Shown here one piece after another: positions 36,836-48,655 of a stretch of 64,000 bases of DNA. Both the position numbers and the translations under genes were made by a program. A model generated the notes under the pieces. The model did not search any database. It worked only from the letters and a program-made list of their open reading frames with translations, and was not told the DNA's origin. This DNA is from Malacoraja senta. Taxonomy: Eukaryota. The first letter of the stretch is position 1; each line of letters starts with the position of its first letter. Location of the stretch: assembly GCA_038087875.1 (NCBI GenBank), contig CM075987.1:17238001-17302000 (forward strand). Direction: 5' to 3'.

Positions 36836-37674
36836 GGCATGCTAGGTTCATCTGGGTTAATTCCCGGGACGGCGGGACTGACATATGATGAGAGAATGGA
36901 TCGACTGGGCTTGTATTCTCTGGAATTTAGAAGGATGCGAGGGGATCTTATAGAAACATAACATTCTTAAGGGATTGGACAGGCCAGATGCAGGAAACAT
37001 GTTCCCGATGTAAGGGGGGGGGTCCAGAACCAGGGGTCACAGTTTAAGAATAAGTGAGAGGCTATTTAAGACTGAGATGAGGAAAAACGTTTTCACCTAG
37101 AGAGTTGTGAATCTGTGGAATTCTATAAAAGGCAGTGGAGGCCAATTCACTGGATGTTTTCAAGAGGAAGTTAGATTTACCATATAGGGTAAGGGAATCA
37201 AGGGATATGGGGAAAAAGCAGAAACGGGGTACTGATGTTGGATGATCAGCCATGATCATATTGAATGGCGGTGCAGGCTCCAAGGGCCGAATTGCTTACT
37301 CCTGCACCTATTTTCTATGTTTCTATGCAGGGGGGTGGGATTTAAATCCCTGTTGTTTTAGTCTGACTTGCAGCCCGGCGAGCTTACCCCGTTTCCCCAG
37401 GAGGTGGCAGCACTTGGCCCTGGTGAGCCTGTTCCCTGGGCTGGAGTCAGCGCTGGAGGCCATAGAGGTTTATAGCGCTGGAGTAACCCAGCGGGTCAAG
37501 CAGCATCTCTGGAGAACACACAGAGAGTTGTGAATCTGTGGAGTTCTCTGCCTCAGAAGGCAGTGGAGGCCAATTCACTGGATGCATTCAAAAGAGAGTT
37601 AGATAGAGCTCTAATGGCCAGCGGAATCAAGGGATGTGAGAGGCAGGAACGGGGTACTAATTGTGGATGATTGC

Positions 37675-40560
37675 GGGGTACAGGAGCTTCAGGCGAGACA
37701 GGGTGAGGGAAAAAGAGGAAGGGGGGTTGCATTGTTGGTTAAGGAGGATGTCACGGCTGTGTTCAGAGGTGACATTACAGACGGTTCGTCTAGTGAGGCT
37801 ATATGGGTGGAGCTGAGGAACAAGAAAGGGATGATCACCTTGTTGAGGGTGTACTACAGCTCCTCAAATAGTCAACGGGAATTAGAAGAACAAATGTGCC
37901 GGGAGATTGCAGGCAGCTGCAGGTCAAATAAGGTTGTTGTAGAAGGGGATTTCAACTTTCCAAAATATAGAAAATCATAGCGTGAAGGGTTCAGATGGGG
38001 TGCAATTCCTCAAAAGTGTTCATGAGAGTTTTCTTAAACAGTATGTGGAGGCCCCCACACATGAGAGGGCAACGCTGGATCTAGTATTGGGAAATTGGGA
38101 AGGGCAAGTTAATGAAGTGTGTGTGGAGGAGCCTTTTGGGACCAGTGATCACAGTTCGATTCGGTTTAAGATAGTTAAGGATCAGGACGGGGAGGGTCCA
38201 TGTGTTAAAATGCTCAACTGGGGTAAGCCCAACTTTGAGGGTATGAGAGAAGGTCAAGTTGACTGGAGCAGGCTATTCGAGGGGAAAGGAACATTGGCCA
38301 AGTGGGATGTTTTTAAAACTGTGCTGACGAAAGCTTAGGATATGTACGTCCAATCCCTTAATAAATATAGATGTTTCTATAAGATCCCCTCTCATCTTTC
38401 TCAATTCCAATGAATACAAGCCCAGCCGCTCCATTCTCTCAGCATATGACAGTCCTGGGAATTAACCTTGTGAACACTCGCTGCACTCCCTCAATAGCAA
38501 GAATTTCCCTCATCAGGCAAACATAAGGAAGCTTGGCTGATGAGGGAAATTGAGACGTTAGTCAAAAATAAGAAGGATGCATGGGACAGGTATAGGCAGC
38601 TGGGATCGTGCATCCCTGAAGGAGTTTCGGGAGCTCAGGAGTAAACTAAAAAAGGAAATCAGAAGGGCAAAAATGGAGATAGCTCTGGTGGGTAGTATTA
38701 AGGACAATCCCAAAAGATTTTATGAATACATAAGGGGGGAAAGGGTAACTAGAGAGAGAGTGGGACCTCTCAGGGATCAAAGCGGTCACCTCTGTGTGGA
38801 GTCACAGGAGATGGGCAAGGTCCTCAATGAGTATTTCTCCTCTGTATTTACCGAGGAGAAAGACAGTAGGACGGAGGAAATTGGAGCAGTTACTGGAAGT
38901 GTCTTGAGAGCAGTCAGGGTTACCGTCGAGGAAGTACTGAAGGTACTGTCGTGTTTGAAGGCTTTTGAACATCAAGGGCCTGATCATATATATCCGAGGA
39001 CATTGCGGGAAACTAGAGAGGAAATTGCGTAAGCCTTGGTTGAAATTTATGAGGTCCTTAAATACAGGAGAGGTGCCGGAAGACTGGAGGGTGGCAAATG
39101 TTGTGCCTCATTTCAAGAAGGGCTGCAGGGTAAATGCTGGGAACTATAGGCCGGTGAGCTTAACATCTGTAGTTGGTAAGTTACTGGAGAGTATTATTAG
39201 GAGTATAGACATAGACATAGAAAATAGGTGCAGGAGGAGGCCATTCGGCCCTTTGAGCCAGCACCGCCATTCATTGTGATCATGGCTGATTGTCCCCAAT
39301 ATGCAGGCATTTGGATGGGCAAGGGATGATTAGGGACAGTCAGCATAGTTTTGTACGCGGGAGATGGTGTCTCACAAATCTGATTGAGTTTTTTGAAGAC
39401 GTGACCAAAAAGGTTGATGAAGGCAGAGCTGTAGATGTTGTGTACATGGACTTCAGTAAGGCGTTCGACAATGTGCCGCATGATAGGCTGCTCTGGAAGG
39501 TTAGATCGCATGGGATCCAAGGAGAAAGCTGAATGGATAGCAAATTGGCTCCATGGAAGGAAGCAGAGGGTGTTGCTGGGCCCGTTACTGTTTGTCATCT
39601 ACATCAACGATTTGGATGAGAACATACAGGGCAAGATTAGCAAGTTTACTGATGATACAAAAGTGAGTGGTTTTGCAGATAGTGAAGATGGTTGTGAACG
39701 ATTGCAGCAGGATCAGGATCGATTGGCCAGGTGGGCGGAGGAATGGTTGATGGAATATAATTCAGAGAAGTGTGAGGTGTTGCATTTTGGGATGTCAAAC
39801 AAGGGCAGGACATACACAGTGAATGGTAGGCCTCTGGGTAGTGTTGTAGAGCAGAGGGATGTAGGAGTACAGGTGCATGGTTCCTTGAAGGCCGAGTAGC
39901 AGGTAGATAAGGTGGTCAAAAAGGCTTTTGGCACTGGCCTTCATCAGTCAGAGTATTGAGTATAGAGGTTGGGAGGTCATGTTGTAGTTGTATATGACGT
40001 TGGTGAGACCGCATTTAGAATATTATGTTCAGTTCTGGGCACCATGTTATAGGAAAGATATTGTCAAGCTTGAAAGGGTTCAGAAAAGATTTACGAGGAT
40101 GTTGCCCGGACTAGAGGGTGAGCGCTATAGGGAGAAGTTGAGTAGGCTGGGTCTCTATTCCATGGAGCGCAGGAGGATGAAGGGAGATCTTATAGAGGTG
40201 TATAAAATCATGAGAGGAATGGATCGGGTAGATGCACAGAGTCTTTTGCCCAGAGTAGGGGAATCGAGAACCAGAGGACATAGGTTCAAGGTGAAGGGGA
40301 AAAGATCTAAATAGGAATCCGAGGAGTAACTTTTTCACACAAAGGGTGGTGGGTGTATAGAACAAGCTGCCAGAGGAGGTAGTTGAGGCTGTGACTATTC
40401 CCTCATTTATGAAACAGTTAGACAGGTACATGGATAGGACAGGTTAGGAGGAATATGGACCAAGCGCAGGCAAGTGGGACTAGTGCAGCTGGGACATTGT
40501 TGGCCGGTGTGGGCGAGTTGGGCTGAAGGGCCTGTTTCCACACTGTATTAATCTATGACC
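37675..40560 (+). mobile_element. Degenerate CR1 (second subfamily) ORF2, endonuclease to 3' tail, with nested inserts
   Basis: Fragmented ORFs with GDFNF, SDH, NYRPVSLTS and FTDD motifs. Confidence 0.88.
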
Positions 40561-41184
40561 CTATGATCACATTGAATGGCAATCCTGGCTCGAAGGGTCA
40601 AATGGCCTACTCCTGCACCTGTTTTCTATGTATCTATGGAAAGGTGACGTTTCAGAGTGCTGGAGTAACTCAGCGGGTCAGGCAGCATCTGTGGAGAACA
40701 TGGATAGGTGACGTTTCACAGAGTGCTGGAGTAACTCAGTGGGTCAGGCAGCATCTGTGGAGAACATGGATAGGTGACGTTTTGTGTCAGCACCCCTCTT
40801 TAGCCTGATTGTGGGGGGCTGGAGGTTGGAGGGAGACCGGATTGAAGCATATACAATTATGGAGGCATTGACAGGGTAGGCAGTCAGAATCATGAATTTG
40901 TCAGACTAGAGAACATAGTTTTAAGGTGAGGGGGCCAACGTTTAAATGAAAAGTTTTCTTACACAGTGGAACGGGATGCCACGGCTGGAGGTGGAGAGAT
41001 ACGATAGTGGCACTGAAGAGACTTATTTGAATACACTTAAGAGACTATGTACAGTTAGGGATTGGGGAATGATGGATTATGCGCTGGTGAGAAGAGTTGG
41101 TCTTGGTATGATGTTCGGTACACACATTGTGGGCTGAAGGGCCTGTACTGTTCTATACTATCTATGAATACTCTACTTACTGCT

Positions 41185-41582
41185 GTGCTACTTCTCCGTG
41201 GATTGTCACCTTGTCGTGGTGGAGAAGCTTGTGTGGTCCTGAGATCCTGAGAGCGATGCCGTCTGGAGCTATGCTCCTGGTAGGGCTACCCATGGCTGTA
41301 AGGTCGAGGGGGAGGTCCCCGACAAAGAGCAATCCAACCAAGACCTCAACGGTGGAACAGGTGGAAGACGATGGGTGACCTTAGTGGAGCGGCACAACGG
41401 CTGGGAAGGCGGATGAAGGCTGCAGCAGAAAAGGGTCTCCGGTCGTCTTGGACTCCATGCCACTGGATCCTGACCCAGATCTGTCAAGGACCGTGTGGTG
41501 GCTGTCTGTGCACCAGTCTCCCCATGTTAAACAAAGTCACGCACAGGTGTCCTCCAGGGAATACCACCCTGGAGACACCCAT
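41185..41582 (+). mobile_element. RTE-clade 5' UTR-like sequence
   Basis: GTCACCTTGTCGTGGTGGAGAAGCTTG...CTGGTAGGGCTACCCATGGC resembles RTE (Expander/BovB-type) 5' ends from memory. No ORF follows. Confidence 0.55.
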
Positions 41583-43131
41583 TTCAGCAATGACTGAAGG
41601 GGGCGTAAGAAACTGCTGCTAGTAAGATTTTCATTGTTCCATGCATTTGGCAATTAAACATTCTTGACTCATTGACTGGGGTGGGAGATTGCAACGTCCA
41701 CCCTGTTTCGACTAATGCAATCAACCCGACGTGCACAAATAGATCAAATAGAACAAGTTGACCCACAACTTTAGGCTGTGCACGCCATACGCAAGAAGAC
41801 GACTCGTGGACTCTTCAGACAAAGCCCAGAATTGTGAACACTTCACCAACCACATTGTGAATCTAAGTGCACACTAATTGCCAGATCCCGTTGCTCCTGT
41901 TATTCTGCATTGCCTCTCCTTATTCCTCCTACCAAACTGCATCATGGCTGTCCATTCCACCAGTCTGTTTAGATCATTATTGAGTGTAAAGGTTGGACGT
42001 GTAGTTGGTGAGACCACACTTGAAGCACTGTGTTTCGTTCTGGTCGCCCAGCTACAGGGAAGGATGTCAGAAAGTTGGAAAGGGTGCAGAAGAGATTCAC
42101 CAGGATGTTACCTGGGCTTGCAGACATGATTTATAGGGAGAGGTCTATTAGGCGAGGTCTTTTGGCCTTGAAGCGTAAGAGGCCAAGGTGTTCATTGAGA
42201 TGCACAAGATCATGAGGGGCATGTGGATTCCCCAGGGTAGAGACTTCTAAAACTAGAGTGCATTTGCTTAAGGTGAGAGAGGAGAGATTTTAAGGAGGAC
42301 TTTGGGGACAACATTTTTACCCAGACAGTTGACCTTATCTGGTACGAGCTGCCAGAGGAAGCTATAGAATTGGATTCATTGACAACTTTCAAAAGACATT
42401 TGGAAAGATATATGGATAGGATGGTTTTCAGAAGGCTACGAGCCAAATGCAGGCAAATTAGACGAGGCTGTTGTGCCAACATGTTGGCATGGACAAGATG
42501 GGTTAAAAGTCTCTGTGCCGTATAGCTCTATGACTGTAAACACGGCCTCTGTAACATATATAACTGCAACGTAACATCGCAACTCTACACTAAGTGCCTT
42601 AATTGATGAAGGAAAGCATGCCAAAGGCAATTTACCTGTGATGCCACTTTCAGGGAACTATTACTAGTACCCCAGATCCCCATTCTACAACACTCCCCAG
42701 GATGTGTCCATTCACTGGTTCCATTTCCCAAACTTCCACTTATCTGCATTCAACTCCATTTGCCATTCCTCAGCCCACCTGCCCATCTGATCTAGATCCC
42801 ACTGTAAATCTTGATAATGATCTTCAATGTCTACGATGCCACCCAAATTAGCGCCATCTGCAAACTCAATAATCATTCAAATCATTGAAATTTGTGGTAA
42901 GCTTTGTCCCACGGCCCCAGGTAAAACAGTAGTTTACAACTCTCCAATTACAGGCAAGTCCATCTCTCTCCTTCTGTCCACCGCTACCACCCCACCAAAC
43001 ACTCAGCCATTCATTGTCCTCCCCCAAATGCTCTCATCTGCCCTTCATCTCTCCCTTTATCGGGTGCTACCTAACACTGTACAGATTTGCAGCATCTCAT
43101 CGCCACATCCCCTTCTAACCCCAGTCTCTAA

Positions 43132-43707
43132 AGGGCCTGTCCCACTTGCGCCTCATTTACGCGACAGGCCAGCAGTGACTGATGCGCGACTGTTGCGCGG
43201 AAATCGTCTAGCAGTCCGACAGTCGCGCGCCAAGTAGCGCCAGTCTCCGTGGCAAGGATTTTCCCTGTGAAAATATTTCAAAATTCGGAGTGCTTTATAC
43301 CCGGGTGATCACATGGTGCAGCGCAAATGACATGCAAATGGCGCGCCGATAGCGTAAGGGCGGCACGCGGCGATGCATGGTTAAAGACGTTGACGCACGG
43401 TGACGCATCATTAATTAGCATAGGCAATGTTCGTGCGTCACCATGCGTCACCACGTGCTACATGTACGCCATTAGTACGTCAGCGTATGCCATAAGTACA
43501 TCAGCGTGCGCAAGGGATACGTCACACAGGTGGCGTGCGAGGATTTTGAACATTCCAAAATCCTGGGGCAATAGGGAAGCACCGCGTGTTACCGAGCGTC
43601 AATGCATACGCCACCACGCCTCATTATGCGCGCCACACGACGCGCCAACCAATTTTTAGTATGTTGCGTAAATGATGCGCAAATGACGCCCAAGTGGGAC
43701 AAGCCCT
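43132..43707. mobile_element. PIF/Harbinger-type MITE (CpG-rich)
   Basis: TIRs AGGGCCTGTCCCACTTG / CAAGTGGGACAAGCCCT, TAA on both flanks, and subterminal inverted motifs CATTTACGC / GCGTAAATG. Confidence 0.9.
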
Positions 43708-44669
43708 TAACTCCTCTCTCTCCACCCTTGGCTCAATCTACGACTTTTTAAAAATCCTTTTTCCTTATGCGTCTCTACCTATCACCCACCGTCTCCCGAG
43801 TCCTCTCCTCCACCACCCAGCTGTATTTGCCCATGATCTCCCTCCTCACCTGATCCCACCCGGCATAGAGCTGTACACATGGAAACAACCCCAGCCCACC
43901 TTGTCCACGATAACAACATCAGCATACTGGGCATGGAGCTGTACACAGGGCAACCCCAGCCCACCTTGTCCACGCCAACAACATCAGCAGGTCCCATGTG
44001 CCTGCATTTGCCCCTCCCCATCATATATCGGTCCAAAAGCCTTTGAAAAATCATATATGGATCCACGTCGAAAACTTCTTCTGACAGCGCATTCCACACA
44101 CCGATTACCTTCTGAATGAGTTTGAGTTTAGTTTATTGTCATGTGTACGTGCTAACCAGTCAACAGAAAGACAATATATGATTACAATTGAGCCGTTCAC
44201 AGTGTACAGATACATGATGACGGGAATAACCTGAATAATGTTTCATGATAAAGTCAGTAATTAAAGAGGTTGGTTTGTGTGATGGTCTGGGCTGCGTCCA
44301 CAATTCTTGTGGTCTTGGATGGAGCTGTTTCCAAACCATGCTGTGATGCTTTCTACATGCATCTGTGGAAGTTGGTGAGAGTTTATGAGAGAATGAATGT
44401 GTTATCCTAGAAGTACCTCTTCAATCTCTTCCCTCTCACCTTCATCCTCCTCCTAGTTTTACAATATACTATGCTGAGAAAACGACTGTGAGCATTCACT
44501 TCATTCATCGTACAGCTAAATTAGGCCACCCATCAGCCTCCTACACTCCACAGAAAAATTCACAGCCTACACAACCTCTCTCTCTCTCTATATAACTTAA
44601 TCCCACGTCCAGGTAGTCTCATTCAACCTCTTCTGCACCCGTTCCAACTTAATGACATTTTCCTATGGA

Positions 44670-45925
44670 AACTGAGAAAAATAGGTGCAGGTGTAGGGCC
44701 CTTCGAGCCAGCGCCGCCATTCAATATGATCATGACTGATCATCCACAATCAGTATCCCGTTCCTGCCTTCTCCCCATATGCCTTGATTCCTTTAGCCCT
44801 AAGAGCTAAGTCTAACTCTCTTGAAAACATCCAGTGAATTGGCCTCCACTGCCTTCTGTGGCAGAGAATTCCACAGATTCACAACTCTCTGGGTGAAGAA
44901 GTTTTTCCTCATCTCAGTCCTAAATGGTCTACCCGTTATTCTTAAACTGTGACCCCTAGTTCTGGACTCCCCCAACATCAGGAGCATTTTTCTGCATCTA
45001 GCCTGTCCAATCCTTTAAGAATTTTACATGTTTCTATAAGTTCCCCTCTCATCCTAAATTCCAGTGAATACAAGCCCAGTCGACCGACCCATTCTTTCAT
45101 CATGTCAGTCCCGCCATCCCGGGAATTAACCTGGTGAATTTACGCTGCACTCCCTCAATAGCAAGTATATCCTTCCTCAAATTAGAAGACCAGAATTACA
45201 ACAATACTCCAAGTGTGGTCTCACCAGGGCCCTGTACAACTGCAGTAGGACCTCCTTGCTCCTAAACTCAAATCCTCTCGCAGTGAAGGCAACATGCCAT
45301 TAGCTTTCTTCACTGCCTGCTGTACCTACATGCTTACTTTCAGTGACTGATGTACAAGCACACCCAGGTCTCGTTGCACCTCCCCTTTTCCTAATCTGAC
45401 ACCATTCTGATAATAATCTGAACCCTTTCAAGCTTGACAATATCTTTCCTGTAACATGGTGCCCAGAACTGAACACAATATTCTAAATGTGGTCTCACCA
45501 ACGTCTGTCTTATACAACTGCAACATGAACTTCCAACTTCCACACAATTCCCTCATCTAAATCGTTAATGTATATTGTAAATAACTGGGGTCCCAGCTCT
45601 GAGCCTTGCGGTACCCCACTAGTCACTGCCTGCCATTCTGAAAAGGACCCGTTAATACTTACTCTTTGTTTCCTGTCTGCCAACCAGTTCTCTATCCATG
45701 TCAGTACCCTACCCCCAATACCATGTGCTCTAATTTCGCACACTAATCTCTTGTGTGGGACCTTGTCAAAGGCTTTTTGAAAGTCCAGATACACCACATT
45801 CACTGACTCTCCCTGATCGATTCTACTTGTTAGATCCTTAAAAACTTCCAGGAGATTAGTCAAGCATGATTTCCCCTTTATAAATCCGTGCTGACTTTGA
45901 CTGTTCCTGTCACTGCTTTCCAACT
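44670..45925 (-). mobile_element. CR1 fragments
   Basis: ORFs 44799-44987 and 45510-45923. Confidence 0.85.
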
Positions 45926-46634
45926 GCGTGACCAGAACTGTACACTGTATCCAAGTGTGCTCTCACCAATGATTTGATTCTCACCAAGTCAAGAAAAGCT
46001 ATAATATTTTCAGGTAGCTTTGTTCTTTAATTTCATGTCAGATGAGATTTTGGTGACACAAGAGACTGCAGACACTGCTATCTTGAGCAAGATACAACGT
46101 GCTGGAGAAACTCAGCGGGTCATAGCTTTAAGGTGAGTGGCAAAGTTTAAAGGAGATGTTTCTTTTACACAGAGGATGGGCAGTGCTGGGAATGTGCTGT
46201 CAGGGTGGTGGTAGAGGCAGCATTTAAGTGAGTGTTGAATAGGCACATGGATATGCAGGGAATTGAGGCATATGCAGCCAGATAAGAGATGGCCTTGGCA
46301 TGAAAAAGTGTGGTGAACTGTGGAATTCATTGTCACAGACAGCTGTGGAGGCCGTCAATGGATATTTTAAACGTGGAGATTGGCAGGTTCTTGATTAGTA
46401 CGGGTGTCAGGGTTATGGGCGAAGACAGGAGAATGGGGTTGAGAGGGAAAGATAGATCAGCCATGATTGAATGGCAGAGTTCACTTGATGGGCTGAATGG
46501 CCTTATTCTGCTCCTAGAACTTATGAACTTATGTTGGGCACAGACATTGTGTGCCAAAGGGCCTGTTCCTGTGCTGTACTCTTCTATGTTCAGATTAGAT
46601 TTTGATTTCATTATTAATCGAACCCACATACCTG

Positions 46635-47112
46635 TTAGATACAAAATGCTGGAGTAATTCAGCGGGACAGACAGCATCTCTGGATAGAAGGAATGGGTGA
46701 CGTTTCAGGTCGAGACCCTTCTTCAGACTGAGTCAGGGGAGAGGGAGACAGAGATAAAGAAGGGCAAAGTGTACAGATGAGGCATCACAGGAGATGGTGA
46801 TCAAGGAAAATGTAAAATAGATCATTGGTAGCTAGGAGAAGTTGACGACGAAGCACAAGGAGATAAAATGTAATCATGGGGACAGTCAGACTGGTCGGAG
46901 AACTAGGAAGTGGGAGGGATGGAGAGGAAAAGCAAGGGTTACTCTCTACCTCCCCCCCCCACTTCTCCTTTGATGTCTCATTTTCACACCTTACCCTTCC
47001 TTACCTCTGTGTCTCCCTCTTGTGACTCTCAGTGTGAAGAAGGATCTCAACCTGAAACATCACCATTCCTTCTCTCCAGAGATGCTGCCTGTCCCGCTGA
47101 GTTACTCCAGTT
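46635..47112. mobile_element. Inverted pair of Penelope-type terminal repeats
   Basis: ~46640-46780 (-) is approximately the reverse complement of ~46975-47110 (+). Confidence 0.8.
46695..46730 (-). ncRNA. Minimal type-I hammerhead ribozyme motif (Penelope-associated)
   Basis: Minus strand CAGU-CUGAAGA-A-GGGUC-UC-GACCU-GAAA-C-GUC/ACCC: conserved core, stem II, palindromic minimal stem III and a GUC cleavage triplet. Activity is untested. Confidence 0.65.
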
Positions 47113-47131
47113 GGGTGTTCCCCCCACATAC

Positions 47132-47342
47132 CTGTTGTCTGCCAGCTTCCTTTGGCCCGAGATTGCTGCATCGGCCCAGGCTGCCGTTTGGTGTTGACCC
47201 ACAGCTGCTGATGACCATCAGCTGCTTCTCCGCCCTGTCCGCTCGGTCCAGAAGCTCCTCGATGAACTGCTGCAGGCGGACCTTTGCGTTAGCTTCTCGT
47301 GCCGCCGTGTCTTGTAAAAACTGATCGATCTGTAACACCTCC
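47132..47342 (-). CDS. FBXO41: FBXO41 internal coding exon (coiled-coil end; EVLQIDQFLQDTAAREANAKVRLQQFIEELLDRADRAEKQL...GRQQ)
   Basis: Acceptor tttgcag|G and donor CAG|gtatgt. 211 nt, phase 2 to 0. The peptide closely matches the vertebrate FBXO41 segment QIDQFLKETAAREASAKLRLQQFIEELLERADRAE (recalled). Confidence 0.95.
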
Positions 47343-48164
47343 CTGCAAAAACCAAGACCAAAACAAAAAGCTGACAATTCAACTGGCTTACATTATCACA
47401 CCATCAGCAATGTATAGATTAAAATATATATATTTTATAGACCTAACTAAACTTTTAAATTCATAGTCATTCAGCACAGAACAGGCCCTTCAGCCCAACT
47501 CATCCATGCCGATCAAGATCTCCCATCTAAACTAGTGCCATTTCCCATGTTGGGCCCATATCATTCTAAACCGTTCCTATCCATGTACCTGTCCAAATGT
47601 TTTTAAAATGTTGTTATTGTACCTCATTTAAAGGAGATGTGCAGGCTTTTGTTTTTACACAGTCAAGTCAAGAGAGTTTATTGTCCAGTGTCCCAGATAG
47701 GACAATGAAATTCTTGCTTTGTAAACAAAGCAAGAATATGTAAACAAAAATACAGAACAGTTCAGTTCAATATACACATAAATAAGCAGAGTGGTGGGGG
47801 CCTAGAAGGTGCGGCCAGGGGTGGTGGAGGAGGCAGATACGTACGTGGCATTTAATAAGGGTTTAAACAGGCACGTGGATATGCAAGGAATGGAGGGACA
47901 TGGATCACGTGAGTGCAAATGGCACTAGTTTATCTTGGTAAGATGTTTGGTAGACTTGTGAACGGAAGGGCCTGTTGCTATGCTGCAGTTGTACTTTCTA
48001 TGATGTACTTCTGGTTCCAAATACCCACCACACACACTGCATGAAACATTGCCCCTCACGTTCCTATTAAATCTTTCACCTTAAACCTATGGTGTCTGGT
48101 TCTTGATTCCCCTACTCTGCACAAAAGACTCAATCAATTGCTCTCGTCATTTTATACATGTTCT

Positions 48165-48655
48165 GTATGAACCCAAGACAGCAAGAAATTGCAGCGAATT
48201 GTGGATGCAGCCCAGACCATCACACAAATCAACCTCCCTTCCATTGACTCCATCTACACCTCACGCTGCCTCGGCAAGGCCAGCAGCATAATCAAGGACC
48301 AGTCTCACCCTGGCCACTCCCTCTTCCTCCCTCTCCCATCAGGCAAAAGGTACAGAAGTGTGAAAACGCACACCTCCAGATTCAGGGACAGTTTCTTCCC
48401 AGCTGTTATCAGGCAAGTGAACCATCCTACCACAACCAGAGAGTAGTGCTGAACTATTATCTACCTCATTGGAGACCATCCTTGATCGGACTTTGCTGGC
48501 TTTACCTTGCACTAAACGCTATTCCCTTATCATATATCTATACACTGTAAATGGATCGATTGTAATCATGTATTGTCTTTCTACTGACTGGCTAGCATGC
48601 AACAAAAGCTTTTCACTGTACCTCACAACACATGACAATAAACTAAAGTGAAACT
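48165..48655 (+). mobile_element. Rex1/Babar-clade 3' fragment
   Basis: ORF 48189-48446, same family as 15860-16325. Confidence 0.85.
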
